Shown piece after piece: positions 7,456 through 17,763 of a stretch of DNA of 64,000 bases. The notes under the pieces are model-generated. The model made no database searches. It saw only the letters and a program-made list of their open reading frames with translations, and was not told the DNA's origin. How positions within the stretch are numbered: position 1 is the stretch's first letter; every line of letters starts with the position of its first letter. Made by a program: the position numbers and the translations under genes. This DNA is from a virus. The stretch is taken from IMG/VR virus record IMGVR_UViG_3300042301_003932. One strand, given 5' to 3'.

Positions 7456-9642
7456 TTAAAAATCAAGTTTAACAGGATACTGTTGAATCCCCTGTCTTTT
7501 TTGTGGAGATTGTATCTTAGAAATAACCATAAGTTCTTTATCTGCATTGTAAAGCCCAACTTCGGTTATGTAAGGAGGTGTTATTCCATCCCATGTCGGA
7601 TTTGATGATTTTAAAAACTGTGTCTGTCCTAAATTACAAAGATAATTCATAACATAAATTGTTGCTTGAATATCTGTCTGTAATGTTCCATAAAAATAGT
7701 ATTCCCCACCAAAATTTAAAGTTACTCCTGATTGATTAAGTGTTGGTAAATCAATGTAATTTGCTAAATTATATGTTGGTGCGTTATCATACATATCTTT
7801 TGTTATTTGGAATGTTGTGCCAGTTAAACCGCTTAAAGTAATAAATCCATTTACCGAATAACCTGATAATTGAGACATAACATCAATTTCTCTCCATTGT
7901 GTTGCAACCGGTCTTGTAGTTCCTGTACTTGTTTTTTGAACTAGAACTTTCATTTCATTAGCAGTAAATCCTGATGGTACTGTTAAATTGTTTGATTGTA
8001 AAAATGGAAATTCGTTACCAAATTTTAAAAATATATTATATGTTGATTGTGTTGGGTCATATAAAATCGGAGTTATGTTTGTATAATAATTACAGTGTAA
8101 TGTGTTTGTAAATGCACTACTATTAAACCTATAAGTAACAAAAACCTGTTCGGTATTTGCACTAAGTAACCCTTCAGTGTCTCCAAGAACACCGTCACAG
8201 GCATTTGGTATTATTGTACCTACTTTAGGCGCTGGTAACGTCCAACTTCGGTTTGTCTTGTAATTTAATGATGCAACAATTTCATCATCATCAAAAACCA
8301 CCATTTTCAAATCAGGAAATACTTTTCCAACTCTATTTGGGTATCCTGTTGATGTTACATGTGTGTCCCAAAGGTTATAGTATCTAATTCCCGGATTATT
8401 AAAATCAGCACTTCGTTTAGATTTTATGTAATACGTTTGAAACAAATCCGGTGTAAATCCACTTGGGTCAGTAAAGAAATATTCACCAATGGTTTTATCT
8501 GGATTTTTATGCCACATTAACCATGGCAAACCAATTTTAAGATTTCTTGCTTGTCCTGTTGCTCCTGGATTTGCAGGATCATATTCCTGTTGTGCAAACT
8601 TTTCACCATAAAAATTATCTATTGATTGATTTGTATAATGAACTATTGCGATCGCCTTTTGGTCTGATGGTGGTACTGTAATTTTATCACCTAATGAGTT
8701 ATTAAAATATACTGAACCAGTATCTACTTGACCTGCGTTTGTTTTATAACCTAAATATTCTTTTGTTCCGACATAGGTTCTACCGCTATATAGATTAAAA
8801 TCTTGGTTAGTATTATTAAAGACCCCTGCCGGTGATTCAGTCCAAGGAATGTTCATATTCCAAACTTTTACGTCTGATTGTGAAACATCGCAGTTTGTTT
8901 CAAAATTAAATACGTTTGTTGCCCAATATGGTTCAGGTGTTACTGAATCATAAATTACAGTCATACCTGATGGATAAAAAACAATGTTACTATTTCCACT
9001 ATAACCCATCGTAGAAAAATTAGGTACTTGTCTATCCAATTCTATCGTTACTGTTGTTGCTGATGAAGTGTCTCCCGTTACACCAACTACCACATATGTA
9101 AACATAGGTGTACTTGCAGTCATAGGACTATATCCACCCGTAAACAAAGTCATAAACATACCAGGTGTTACAGTTCCTGATACCGTTACATCAACAGTAT
9201 TTGCAGAAATTACAATAGTATTACCTGATGTTAAATTGGTGTTTGATATTGTAAAGTTGGGATTGATTGTATACGCAGATGATGTGTATAATGTATTTCC
9301 TGTGAAAAATCCTCTTGGTGCTGCCGAGTTGTAAATGTTGTCAACAAAAGACGAATCATAAGGAATACCAAAAGTACTACCTGAATTTGGATCAACAAAA
9401 AGTGGGTATTTAACGTTTAATCTATTATATTCAGGGGCTGGTACTAAATTGTCCGCATTATATTGTGGTGCCAAAACATTTAATTCAACGTAGTTTTGAT
9501 TTGTAATACTATTATAACAAACTTCACTATCTCCTACTTGAAAATAGGAAATGTCAAATTTACCTTGTGAAATCTTTTTTCTTGCGGCGTCAGTTAAAAT
9601 TGTATTAATTAAACCACTTGTTGTTTTAATAATGTATGACAT
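7456..9642 (-). CDS. baseplate/tail-fibre attachment protein (DUF3751-like termini)
   Basis: N-terminus ILTDAARKKI..FDISYFQVGD; C-terminus YITEVGLYNADKELMVISK..VKLDF; T/S/G-rich middle. Confidence 0.65.
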   Translation of the reverse strand: MSYIIKTTSGLINTILTDAARKKISQGKFDISYFQVGDSEVCYNSITNQNYVELNVLAPQYNADNLVPAPEYNRLNVKYPLFVDPNSGSTFGIPYDSSFVDNIYNSAAPRGFFTGNTLYTSSAYTINPNFTISNTNLTSGNTIVISANTVDVTVSGTVTPGMFMTLFTGGYSPMTASTPMFTYVVVGVTGDTSSATTVTIELDRQVPNFSTMGYSGNSNIVFYPSGMTVIYDSVTPEPYWATNVFNFETNCDVSQSDVKVWNMNIPWTESPAGVFNNTNQDFNLYSGRTYVGTKEYLGYKTNAGQVDTGSVYFNNSLGDKITVPPSDQKAIAIVHYTNQSIDNFYGEKFAQQEYDPANPGATGQARNLKIGLPWLMWHKNPDKTIGEYFFTDPSGFTPDLFQTYYIKSKRSADFNNPGIRYYNLWDTHVTSTGYPNRVGKVFPDLKMVVFDDDEIVASLNYKTNRSWTLPAPKVGTIIPNACDGVLGDTEGLLSANTEQVFVTYRFNSSAFTNTLHCNYYTNITPILYDPTQSTYNIFLKFGNEFPFLQSNNLTVPSGFTANEMKVLVQKTSTGTTRPVATQWREIDVMSQLSGYSVNGFITLSGLTGTTFQITKDMYDNAPTYNLANYIDLPTLNQSGVTLNFGGEYYFYGTLQTDIQATIYVMNYLCNLGQTQFLKSSNPTWDGITPPYITEVGLYNADKELMVISKIQSPQKRQGIQQYPVKLDF

Positions 9643-9643
9643 A

Positions 9644-10498
9644 CTAATAAATACTTAAATCTTTGTTATTTTTTTTAATCGTAATTCCCTCTTCTAAAAG
9701 TCTATTTTTTATTTTTTTTTCTATGAGTGGGTCTCTTTTACTTGCAGCTATTAGGTGAGTATATCCTAATTTTTTTGCCAATTCTTCGGAAATAGTTCCC
9801 ATATATTTTTCATGACTTTCACCATAAAACGTTAATAAATCAACGTTATATTTATAAAATTTACAAATACAATATATACAAAATTGCTCATATATTAAAC
9901 AAGATAAATGGTGATCGTAGTTAAACTTTGACTCGTCTAAAAATTTTATGTAATTTAACGATTCCGTCCACCATTCTTGTATTACGTCTAATTTATTGAA
10001 CGCAATAACTCCGCAATTATATGCTTTGACTTTTTCGGTATCAAACCATTTTGGTTTACTTGTATAATTTTTTTCAGCATGATCTAATAACCATTTATAC
10101 CAATATTTTTGTGACTCAGTTTCTAAGTTTTGAAAAGCAGCATCTGATTTTAAAAATTTATCCGGAAGTGGTTTGAATAATATAACGTCAATATCTATAT
10201 GTATAAAAGGTTCTTTTTGTAGTTTGCACGCATAAATTTTTCCTAATGACCAATGGTTTTCATAAATACCCATCATAGCATGTTCCAAACTTGTATCAAT
10301 ATTATCAAAAGACAAACCATACTTTTCAACTAAGTCTTTACCTTCAAAATCGGTAACTAAATACACCTCATCAAACCATTTTTTTGTATAATGTAACGAT
10401 AAAGCAAAACACTCTATTAAATTTTTTTCAGTATTAAACCCTACGGTTTTACCGTTCATAGGTTTTGTCCATAAAGAATAAACTGCTCTTTTTATCAT
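9644..10498 (-). CDS. DUF6734-like putative GT-A glycosyltransferase
   Basis: LSLHYTKKWFDEVYLVTD, WSLGKIYA..Q.EPFIHIDID (DxD), YNCGV, EQ and GYTHL motifs. Confidence 0.7.
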   Translation of the reverse strand: MIKRAVYSLWTKPMNGKTVGFNTEKNLIECFALSLHYTKKWFDEVYLVTDFEGKDLVEKYGLSFDNIDTSLEHAMMGIYENHWSLGKIYACKLQKEPFIHIDIDVILFKPLPDKFLKSDAAFQNLETESQKYWYKWLLDHAEKNYTSKPKWFDTEKVKAYNCGVIAFNKLDVIQEWWTESLNYIKFLDESKFNYDHHLSCLIYEQFCIYCICKFYKYNVDLLTFYGESHEKYMGTISEELAKKLGYTHLIAASKRDPLIEKKIKNRLLEEGITIKKNNKDLSIY

Positions 10499-12117
10499 AT
10501 GTTACCAACCCCTATACCTCCACCTAAACCGTAGTAAACAGTATTTGCTTGTTTTGAGACACCAAAAGTCAAAGTATTTATTGGTGGTATTACTGTTTCG
10601 CAAGGACCATTATTCAATAATATAGTACCATTTACGGTTATTGTGTCATTTATTTTAGCATATGGTGCACAAGTCGCATTTCCGTTTGGTGTTGTAACTT
10701 TCATAAAAACTTGCCCAGTCACTTTACCTGTGCCAACTATTTTTGCACTGTATATTCTTGTAATTCCTGTTGTGTAATAAATTGGGTGACATCCTACAGT
10801 GAGAGATGTGTTACTTGTTTGAGATACGTTAGATGTTAAAAATTGTCCTCCACCCGTAGTTCCTGTTGTTCCTACATATGTTAATGTTGGAACTGCATTA
10901 GAGGAAGTTCCACCAGATAAACTTGACGTGTGAATAATTGTAAAGTTTATTTCTCTGTTTGCAGGTAATGTTGGTGTTACTGATACCTCCCAATTATAAG
11001 TACATTCTCTTGAGATTGATGTGTTTGTTACTGTTGGGTTTGGTGGTACTAAATTCAACGTTACTTGGTAATTTGTTATTGGGTTTTGATTTGATAAAGT
11101 CACTAGTTTTGTACTAATATTACCAATCAAATCTTTTACATAAACCGTATATGTTCCATCAGCCAAACCTAAAAATATGTTTGATATTTGAAAAGTTATT
11201 CCATTTATTGAATATGTGTATGGAGAAGTACCCCCAACAACTGAATTTACAACAATTTTACCGTTACTAACCCCTTCACAAGTTGGGTTGATTGTGCTAG
11301 TTGTAATGTCAAAACTACTTACACAATCACCTTGTGTCACAATCGCAGTTCCTGGTCCGTTATACGTCCATATACCAATTGGTGGGGAAAGTGTTGATTG
11401 TAAAAGTGGTATACCCGTTTGAGTCCAACCTGAAATCATCCATTGTGTTGCACTATTATTATAATACATAGTTAATGTATTACTTGTCCAAGAAGGGTAA
11501 TTATTTATAGTATTAGCAGAATAAAATTGGTATTGTGTTGTTGCAATTGTTGGTGGTAAACCGGGTGTAATTATTTGTGATGTTAGACATAACCCTGATG
11601 TGTTTTCAAGTTGTGGTGTGATCGGTAAACAATCGGTACAGTTTAAAAATGGTCCTGATGTTGTTATAACATTATAATTATAATAACTTTGACCAGAATA
11701 CAATATAAGGCCGTTAGATATCCAACAACCAAGTTGAGAATTAAGTGTAAATGTTACTCCCGTTTGTGTTTGGTTTTCTAAATTAGCAACATAGTATAGT
11801 TTATTATTAAAGTCATTACAATCATAGAACTCCTCTAAATAAAACGTACTATAAGGGACGGTACATGTGGTTGTTGCTGTAAAATCTCCATAATAATCAG
11901 TTACTGTTGCGGTATAATCACCGGCAGCGACACCAGCCAAAAATTGTGTTTGTGCTCCGTTTTCCCAAGTCACACTATATGGAGGTGTTCCTCCTGTAAT
12001 GATTAATGAAGCAACACCATCAACTGTAAATGGTGTAAAAGCACTAATAGTACTACAAGTCACCCCTAAAGGGTACAAAGTTATAATATCACATGTATTT
12101 GCACTGTATCCTGGCAT
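10495..12117 (-). CDS. fibre/virion protein with SprB-like repeats
   Basis: GGTPPYSVTW..AGDYTATVTD and PTC..NGKI..GGTSPYTYSING..GLADGTYTVYVKD repeats; Cys/Thr rich. Confidence 0.7.
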   Translation of the reverse strand: MPGYSANTCDIITLYPLGVTCSTISAFTPFTVDGVASLIITGGTPPYSVTWENGAQTQFLAGVAAGDYTATVTDYYGDFTATTTCTVPYSTFYLEEFYDCNDFNNKLYYVANLENQTQTGVTFTLNSQLGCWISNGLILYSGQSYYNYNVITTSGPFLNCTDCLPITPQLENTSGLCLTSQIITPGLPPTIATTQYQFYSANTINNYPSWTSNTLTMYYNNSATQWMISGWTQTGIPLLQSTLSPPIGIWTYNGPGTAIVTQGDCVSSFDITTSTINPTCEGVSNGKIVVNSVVGGTSPYTYSINGITFQISNIFLGLADGTYTVYVKDLIGNISTKLVTLSNQNPITNYQVTLNLVPPNPTVTNTSISRECTYNWEVSVTPTLPANREINFTIIHTSSLSGGTSSNAVPTLTYVGTTGTTGGGQFLTSNVSQTSNTSLTVGCHPIYYTTGITRIYSAKIVGTGKVTGQVFMKVTTPNGNATCAPYAKINDTITVNGTILLNNGPCETVIPPINTLTFGVSKQANTVYYGLGGGIGVGNI

Positions 12118-12132
12118 AATTTATAGTTTAAT

Positions 12133-12351
12133 TTATGGTGATAATTCATAATAAATGCATAAATTAGCATCTATAATTTTTAATGCATATGAAGGGTAAG
12201 TTTCATATACTGGAGGTAAAACAAACGGATATGGTAAAGATGTGACAGTATCGTAATAAATACAAGTGGCTGTCGCACCAGTACTATCACATATCCACAA
12301 ATTTAGTGGTAAGGTTCCTGTTGTTGCTGTTAATGTTACTAATGTTGGCAT
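12133..12351 (-). CDS. small virion protein, paralog of 17764..18051 and 18070..18357
   Basis: Shared pattern G..P..(W/Y)xCD....C......LP........LKIIDxxxC. Confidence 0.7.
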   Translation of the reverse strand: MPTLVTLTATTGTLPLNLWICDSTGATATCIYYDTVTSLPYPFVLPPVYETYPSYALKIIDANLCIYYELSP

Positions 12352-12355
12352 ACTT

Positions 12356-13987
12356 TTAACAATTTCCGTTTACGTTACATATTTCAGTTAATTTCCCATC
12401 AACGTCTACACTATATATTTTAGTTCCATATTTTATGTAGTCAACAATAACAGGTGTAGTTAATGTTTGATCTTCATAAATATATACCCCCGTTTGTATT
12501 ACAGAATCAGAAGATGAGGTATAGAATGTTATTACTGATCCACCATTTGTTAATTCACATACAGGACAAGAAAGTGAGAACTCACCCCTTGCTCTCCAAA
12601 TACTATAAGATAGTGTTGGTTGAGGTGTTGGTATTAAACAATTTACACAATTTGTATATGTTGTTGCGGTTGTTGCGGTAAATGTTTCAACATAAGACCA
12701 AATATATCCAACAGGTGGTGTATATGAATAATAGTTACCAATATAGGAGTAACATGCTCCTGATGTTGTTTTTAATATATCCCCAATATTAACATTATAT
12801 GGAGGGTAAGTGTATTGAATAATCATTGAGTTGTCTGTACATGATGTAAAAACAAATACTGTGTTTGGTGCGTATGTTGGTGTTATCACTGGCGTTGCGG
12901 TTGGTGTTGGAGTAGGTGTTGGTGTTGGAGTAGGTGTCGGTGTCGGTGCAGGAACTGTACAATATGAGCATCCACTTGTTGATGCGCTTATTACTCCTTG
13001 TAAATAATCGGCAGGACTACCAAATACGTTTTCGGTATATGTTAAACACTTATATTGGTCATTAATTAAACCTAAAATAGTTGTTCCTGTTACGATTGGT
13101 GATCCTGAATATATTATTGGTCCACTGACAAAGAATATATCACTACTATTACAATCCACTAATTTATTTACATTAACACAAACAAAATTACCACTATCAA
13201 TTACAAAAGTCACACCTGAAACTACATTATATGGATAAACAGGTGGTGTGGGTGTTGGTGTAGGGGTTGGTGTAGGAGTTGGTGTTATTGCCGAAAATGA
13301 AACACCTACAGTATACCCTGAACAAATATCTATTGTGGGGGTTGGTGTAGGGGTTGGTGTTACTGTCGGTGTGGGGGTTGGTGTTACTGTCGGTGTAGGT
13401 GTCGGAAACGCACATTCTAAAACAATATCAAAATCTAATATTGAGCACGGATCGTATGGTGTTGGTGTTGGGAAACAAACCCCCGAATAATATAAAGTTT
13501 CATCAATATCGGGACAACTTGACGTTGTTGGGTTAGGTCCATAAAATAGACATGTTGCGGTTAAACCTGAAGTTAAACACCACTTAGTATTATTAAAATA
13601 AAGGTATCCTGGCACAGTTCCACCCGTCCAATATGGGTAACTATTATAGTTCCCAGCAACCTCATATGTTCCATTGTACCCTGAATATGTGTTAATTGAT
13701 ATATTAATACATATGTCATTGCTACAACAATCACCAGTCAAACAAAGTGTATCAGAACAATCTGTTTGAATGGTATAAACACCGTCAAATATTGAAAATG
13801 TTGTTGCGGTAAAACCACTCGTAAATGCCGAGACAATAGTATAACAACCATCAGGAACAACGGGGTCACCTGAAAAATGATATGTTAAACCTGTTGTTGC
13901 GGTACCACCGGTAGCAACCCAAGCGGCGTCGTTAGTTACATATTGGTAACCATCATAACAACAACCTTGAAATCTTAAATCCGCCAT
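12356..13987 (-). CDS. Cys-rich modular fibre protein with mucin-like (PT)n linkers
   Basis: Three long PT/PTVT tracts separating Cys-rich modules; located in the fibre cluster. Confidence 0.75.
   Translation of the reverse strand: MADLRFQGCCYDGYQYVTNDAAWVATGGTATTGLTYHFSGDPVVPDGCYTIVSAFTSGFTATTFSIFDGVYTIQTDCSDTLCLTGDCCSNDICINISINTYSGYNGTYEVAGNYNSYPYWTGGTVPGYLYFNNTKWCLTSGLTATCLFYGPNPTTSSCPDIDETLYYSGVCFPTPTPYDPCSILDFDIVLECAFPTPTPTVTPTPTPTVTPTPTPTPTIDICSGYTVGVSFSAITPTPTPTPTPTPTPPVYPYNVVSGVTFVIDSGNFVCVNVNKLVDCNSSDIFFVSGPIIYSGSPIVTGTTILGLINDQYKCLTYTENVFGSPADYLQGVISASTSGCSYCTVPAPTPTPTPTPTPTPTPTATPVITPTYAPNTVFVFTSCTDNSMIIQYTYPPYNVNIGDILKTTSGACYSYIGNYYSYTPPVGYIWSYVETFTATTATTYTNCVNCLIPTPQPTLSYSIWRARGEFSLSCPVCELTNGGSVITFYTSSSDSVIQTGVYIYEDQTLTTPVIVDYIKYGTKIYSVDVDGKLTEICNVNGNC
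12893..12950. repeat. 6-bp-period tandem repeat encoding (PT)n
   Basis: Degenerate 6-bp units such as ggtgtt/ggtgtc/ggagta. Confidence 0.85.
13243..13406. repeat. tandem repeats encoding PTPTPTVT / (PT)n
   Basis: Includes a near-exact 24-bp duplication ggggttggtgttactgtcggtgt(g/a). Confidence 0.85.
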
Positions 13988-14043
13988 TAAACTTTAGACT
14001 TTATTATATAAATAATCATAAGTTTGTTTTATTGTATAGTAAC

Positions 14044-14835
14044 TCATTTGAAAATGTCAAAATATTGCCTCCAATCGGACTTTATGATATTATAATTTTC
14101 TTTATTGTCTAAATAACAGAAATCCAAATATTTTTCTTCGCTACCAACAAACTCCAAGTCTAAGTGGTTTTGTATTAAAGTTATAAAATGTTTAATAAAT
14201 GGATATATAACCCCATTATTAGGAACAAAAAAACAACCTCCATGAATATATCTAAATTGTGATAGTAAATGAAATGGTCTATCGGGAACTAAAAACTCTT
14301 CGTGATGACTAAAAAATGTTATTTTATCATTATATTTTTGATTAATTTTTTCAACATTCGGGAACCCTCGTTTAATTTCAGGGTTATCGTTTCTAAGAAC
14401 CCCAGCATCACACCAAATGAACATATCAGAATCAAAATGTTTCTTTTCTATTGAGCTTTTAATGAAGTATGGTTTATTGAAAATTACGATGTTGTATAAC
14501 GATTCTGTCATTTCGGGGACTTTGAAATGTATTTTAGATTTAAAATTTTCAGATATCATTAGATTAAAAACCTTTTCATGAAACATCTTATATGAATCTA
14601 AATTTTCAATTTTGTCTATGATTATGATCGTTTTATCTAAATTGGGGTCAACAACACTTCTTTGTTCTTTTATAAAACCTTCAAACTTTTCTTCCGTATA
14701 TATTACCATTTTAGAGTCAAACAAAAGTAAGTTTCTCATCCACATCATATATGTGTGGTAAGATAACCCATAGTTAGACCACTTGTCCCTTCCAATATCA
14801 AATAATGCGGTAACTATAGTTGGATTTTCAATCAT
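14044..14835 (-). CDS. HtrL/YibB (WlaTC-like) glycosyltransferase-family protein
   Basis: TIVTALFDIGR..W, MVIYT, PE....YN....NKPYF, FIWCDAG, GGCF and SEE motifs; likely start ATG 14835 (ATGA overlap with GT60 stop). Confidence 0.75.
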   Translation of the reverse strand: MIENPTIVTALFDIGRDKWSNYGLSYHTYMMWMRNLLLFDSKMVIYTEEKFEGFIKEQRSVVDPNLDKTIIIIDKIENLDSYKMFHEKVFNLMISENFKSKIHFKVPEMTESLYNIVIFNKPYFIKSSIEKKHFDSDMFIWCDAGVLRNDNPEIKRGFPNVEKINQKYNDKITFFSHHEEFLVPDRPFHLLSQFRYIHGGCFFVPNNGVIYPFIKHFITLIQNHLDLEFVGSEEKYLDFCYLDNKENYNIIKSDWRQYFDIFK

Positions 14836-16067
14836 ACGGCCCCTTCTAATTTTTCTAACCAATCTTTTGTTTTAGAATGAGCCCAAACAGTCCATGACTT
14901 GGGTTTTCTATATGTTAAAAATTGCCTTCTTATTGTTATTTCATTTTTTATGTAATTATTAATTTCCGATTCTGTTGCATCTTTTCTATAAATTTCTTGT
15001 CCGTTTTCGTCGTGATATATTACCGCCCAAAAATCATAATCATCTTGTGTGAAATTGTTTTTATCTAAACTTATTTCATGTTCAAACATAGATGAAAAAC
15101 TTTTTTCCCATTCTTTTTCGTTTTCTATTTCAGGATTTGGTGGGTAATTTTTTTGTAGTGTGTATTCTTGTACTGATCTTTTTTCAAACAACAATCCAGC
15201 GTATTTTTCATAATCCCTTAATGCCCTAACATTTCCTAAACCATATTTTCCAACATGTCCTTCTTGATTTTCACCATCCATACCAAAAAGTTTCCTATTT
15301 AATAAATGTGCACTTTCATTCTTTTTATACCATTCTTTATCGTCGTCCCACTGTTTTACTCTACCATTTCTTGTATATTCATGCCAAATAACCACTTTAT
15401 GGGGGTGAAATAAATCATATCCGTGAGTGAAGGCCCTAACTGCGATTGATATCTCTTCTCCATGAAAATAAAAATCAGGGTTGTGTTGAACTTCTTTACT
15501 AAATTGACCTAATGTAAAACAAAAATGGGCGGAATAAAATCTTGATGGTATCGGCGTATCAATATTTTGCCAATCAGGAATTGCTTCAGGTAAGAAGAAA
15601 ACGGCACCTTCAGGTATAAATTTGTCAAATACCATTCGCCAAGGCACTCTTACTCTTCCGTTTGGGTCGTTATTTGGGTCGTAAGAAGATACGTAACCTG
15701 TTAATAGTGGTTTTGGTATTCCTAAGTCTTGCAGTTGTTTAATCATACCTATTAGAGTCTCATCCCAATCTTTTTCAAATCTCATATGTGAATCTATCTG
15801 TAAGGTATATTCCTCGTCTTTATATAGTTGTTGTACTTGATTACGAGCCCAACAAACACCTTTTGATTCTTGGTGTGGTATGTTTAAAACTCTAAACCTA
15901 TCGTCAATTTCATATTCAGTAAGATCGTCAAACTTATCGTCAGGATGAAATTGTCTTGCAATTCCAAAAACTAAATTCTCAGGATGTTTAGAATTTTCTA
16001 AGCATGATTTGATTGTTGGTATTAATTCCGGATCTCTATAAGATGCGATTTGAATAAATATTTTCAT
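14832..16067 (-). CDS. GT60-family (Skp1-hydroxyproline/polypeptide) alpha-N-acetylglucosaminyltransferase
   Basis: IFIQIASYRDPEL..T, GVCWAR, LQIDSHMRF..WD (DxH) and FHGEEISIAVRAFTHGYDLFHP..VIWHEY are hallmark motifs of the Pfam 'GlcNAc' family. Confidence 0.88.
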   Translation of the reverse strand: MKIFIQIASYRDPELIPTIKSCLENSKHPENLVFGIARQFHPDDKFDDLTEYEIDDRFRVLNIPHQESKGVCWARNQVQQLYKDEEYTLQIDSHMRFEKDWDETLIGMIKQLQDLGIPKPLLTGYVSSYDPNNDPNGRVRVPWRMVFDKFIPEGAVFFLPEAIPDWQNIDTPIPSRFYSAHFCFTLGQFSKEVQHNPDFYFHGEEISIAVRAFTHGYDLFHPHKVVIWHEYTRNGRVKQWDDDKEWYKKNESAHLLNRKLFGMDGENQEGHVGKYGLGNVRALRDYEKYAGLLFEKRSVQEYTLQKNYPPNPEIENEKEWEKSFSSMFEHEISLDKNNFTQDDYDFWAVIYHDENGQEIYRKDATESEINNYIKNEITIRRQFLTYRKPKSWTVWAHSKTKDWLEKLEGAV

Positions 16068-16108
16068 AATCTAAAAATAGATTTTTGAAAATAGTTTGTA
16101 AATAAAAA

Positions 16109-17731
16109 TTAAGATTCTAAATTACTAATTCTTACCTTTAGTTCCTCAATAATTTTTTGTTGTTCCTTGATTGCTTCAACCAAAACCGCGGTTATGTTGT
16201 CCATATGTATTCCTTTAATTTTATCTTCAGTATTATTATTAATGAAGACTAACTCAGGTATAACTTTTTCAACTTCTTGAGCAATAAAACCAATTTTTTT
16301 TCCTTCTTGACCAATCCAACTATAAGTAACACCTGAAAGTTGTAAGAGTTTTTCTAACGAATTAGTTAATGGTTCAATATTTTCTTTTAATCTAATATCA
16401 GAAGTTGCGGTTGTTAATGTACCGTCTGAGGTAATATTAAGATTGGCAAAAAATGCCGTCGCTCCAACAGTCCTAAATCTACCATTACCATCCACATCTA
16501 TATTTGTTGATGGTTGTTCCGATGATGTGTAAAAGGCAGATCCTATACCCAATCTAGCTCCAGTGGTTACTACTGCGGATGTTGGTGTTGGTGTTGAGGT
16601 TCCACTAAATCTAAATCCAGATCCTACACCTCCAGCACCAATCACTAGACTTCTACCTCCAGTAGCAACAATAACCGTATCACCTGAAATTGTATTATAA
16701 TTATATGAATCATCATCTGCCGTAGGAATTATTAACACACCTTTAGGTGTTGATTCATTATTTACCGCCCTAATTGCAATTTCGTCAATAACAAAATCAC
16801 CTGAATTCACGTCTAATTTATATGATGGTGAAGACGTTCCAATACCTACATTACCACTACTATCAATTCTCATTCTTTCACCAACAGTTGTCCCTCCTGT
16901 TAGTGAACCGGTTGCTCCTGTTGTTCCAAATATTAAACTCCCTTCAGATGCTGTGTTTGTGACACCTCCTATATAACTTTTAACTCCGACACCACCAGTA
17001 TCGTTACTATAAAATTCTATTTTTCCTTTAAATTGGTTATTCGCGGATATAGTATCCGTGTCGGTAAATCTTAAAGTATTATTCACCGCAGAGGAGGTAT
17101 TTGATGATGTTATATCTAATCTTGTACTTGGTGAAGACGTTCCTAATCCTGTATTACCTGTTACCGATAGTTGTCCATTCACCGTTAACCCTGTCACAGT
17201 ATTAAATAATACACTATATGTTCCACCAGTGTTATTTGTGTATGTAAATGCGTTATTAGAGTATGTTGCTCCTGTTACTCTAATGTCTGTTGGTAAATTT
17301 TGGTATGTTGTTGCAGATATTGTGTTTGATGAAGTCGTGCCGGTAACTGTTAAATTTCCATTGGTTGTTAGTCCTGTTACGGTATTGAATAATACTGAAA
17401 ATGTTCCTCCCGTATTATTTATATACGTAAAACTGTTATTTGAATATGTTGCCCCTGTTACTCTAACATCCGTACTTCCCGTAAAAAAGCCTGTAACGTT
17501 AAACGTACCTCCAGTACTATTTGTAAATGTTGCTGTGCCCGAACTATAAGTTCCTCCGGTAACAAAAGTATCTTTAAATATTGTTAACAATTGTTGTAGT
17601 TCCGCCTTATAAGAAGATCCTGCAGGATTTTGTGAAGGGTCTCCGGTGTATACAATATGTATTAGTGTTGTCGGTGTTATTGCCGATGTTTGTGCTAATG
17701 TTCTATCAGTAAGTAATTGATATGTTGGCAT
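16109..17731 (-). CDS. tail fibre with C-terminal intramolecular chaperone (peptidase S74)
   Basis: GNVGIGTSSPSYKLDV repeats; SDIRLKENI...GFIAQEVEKVIPELV...LVEAIKEQQ coiled coil. Confidence 0.88.
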   Translation of the reverse strand: MPTYQLLTDRTLAQTSAITPTTLIHIVYTGDPSQNPAGSSYKAELQQLLTIFKDTFVTGGTYSSGTATFTNSTGGTFNVTGFFTGSTDVRVTGATYSNNSFTYINNTGGTFSVLFNTVTGLTTNGNLTVTGTTSSNTISATTYQNLPTDIRVTGATYSNNAFTYTNNTGGTYSVLFNTVTGLTVNGQLSVTGNTGLGTSSPSTRLDITSSNTSSAVNNTLRFTDTDTISANNQFKGKIEFYSNDTGGVGVKSYIGGVTNTASEGSLIFGTTGATGSLTGGTTVGERMRIDSSGNVGIGTSSPSYKLDVNSGDFVIDEIAIRAVNNESTPKGVLIIPTADDDSYNYNTISGDTVIVATGGRSLVIGAGGVGSGFRFSGTSTPTPTSAVVTTGARLGIGSAFYTSSEQPSTNIDVDGNGRFRTVGATAFFANLNITSDGTLTTATSDIRLKENIEPLTNSLEKLLQLSGVTYSWIGQEGKKIGFIAQEVEKVIPELVFINNNTEDKIKGIHMDNITAVLVEAIKEQQKIIEELKVRISNLES

Positions 17732-17741
17732 ATTTTATTTT

Positions 17742-17748
17742 ATAAATA
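17742..17748 (-). promoter_or_regulatory. TATTTAT putative late promoter (one of ~14 copies)
   Basis: Same heptamer lies 4-32 nt upstream of starts at 6796, 9642, 13987, 17731, 18051, 25025, 34057, 36436, 40065, 44825, 57520, 59559, 61061 and 62183. Confidence 0.65.
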
Positions 17749-17763
17749 TATTATTAATATTTT

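Noticed and set aside
14044-16067. Glycosyltransferases as DNA hypermodification enzymes
   Set aside because: GT60 and HtrL families are not known DNA glucosyltransferases, no base-hydroxymethylase gene is in the window, and the context is fibre genes; not formally excluded
17741-17748. TATAAATA as a canonical T4 late promoter driving plus-strand transcription
   Set aside because: No plus-strand genes exist; the motif is consistently positioned relative to minus-strand starts
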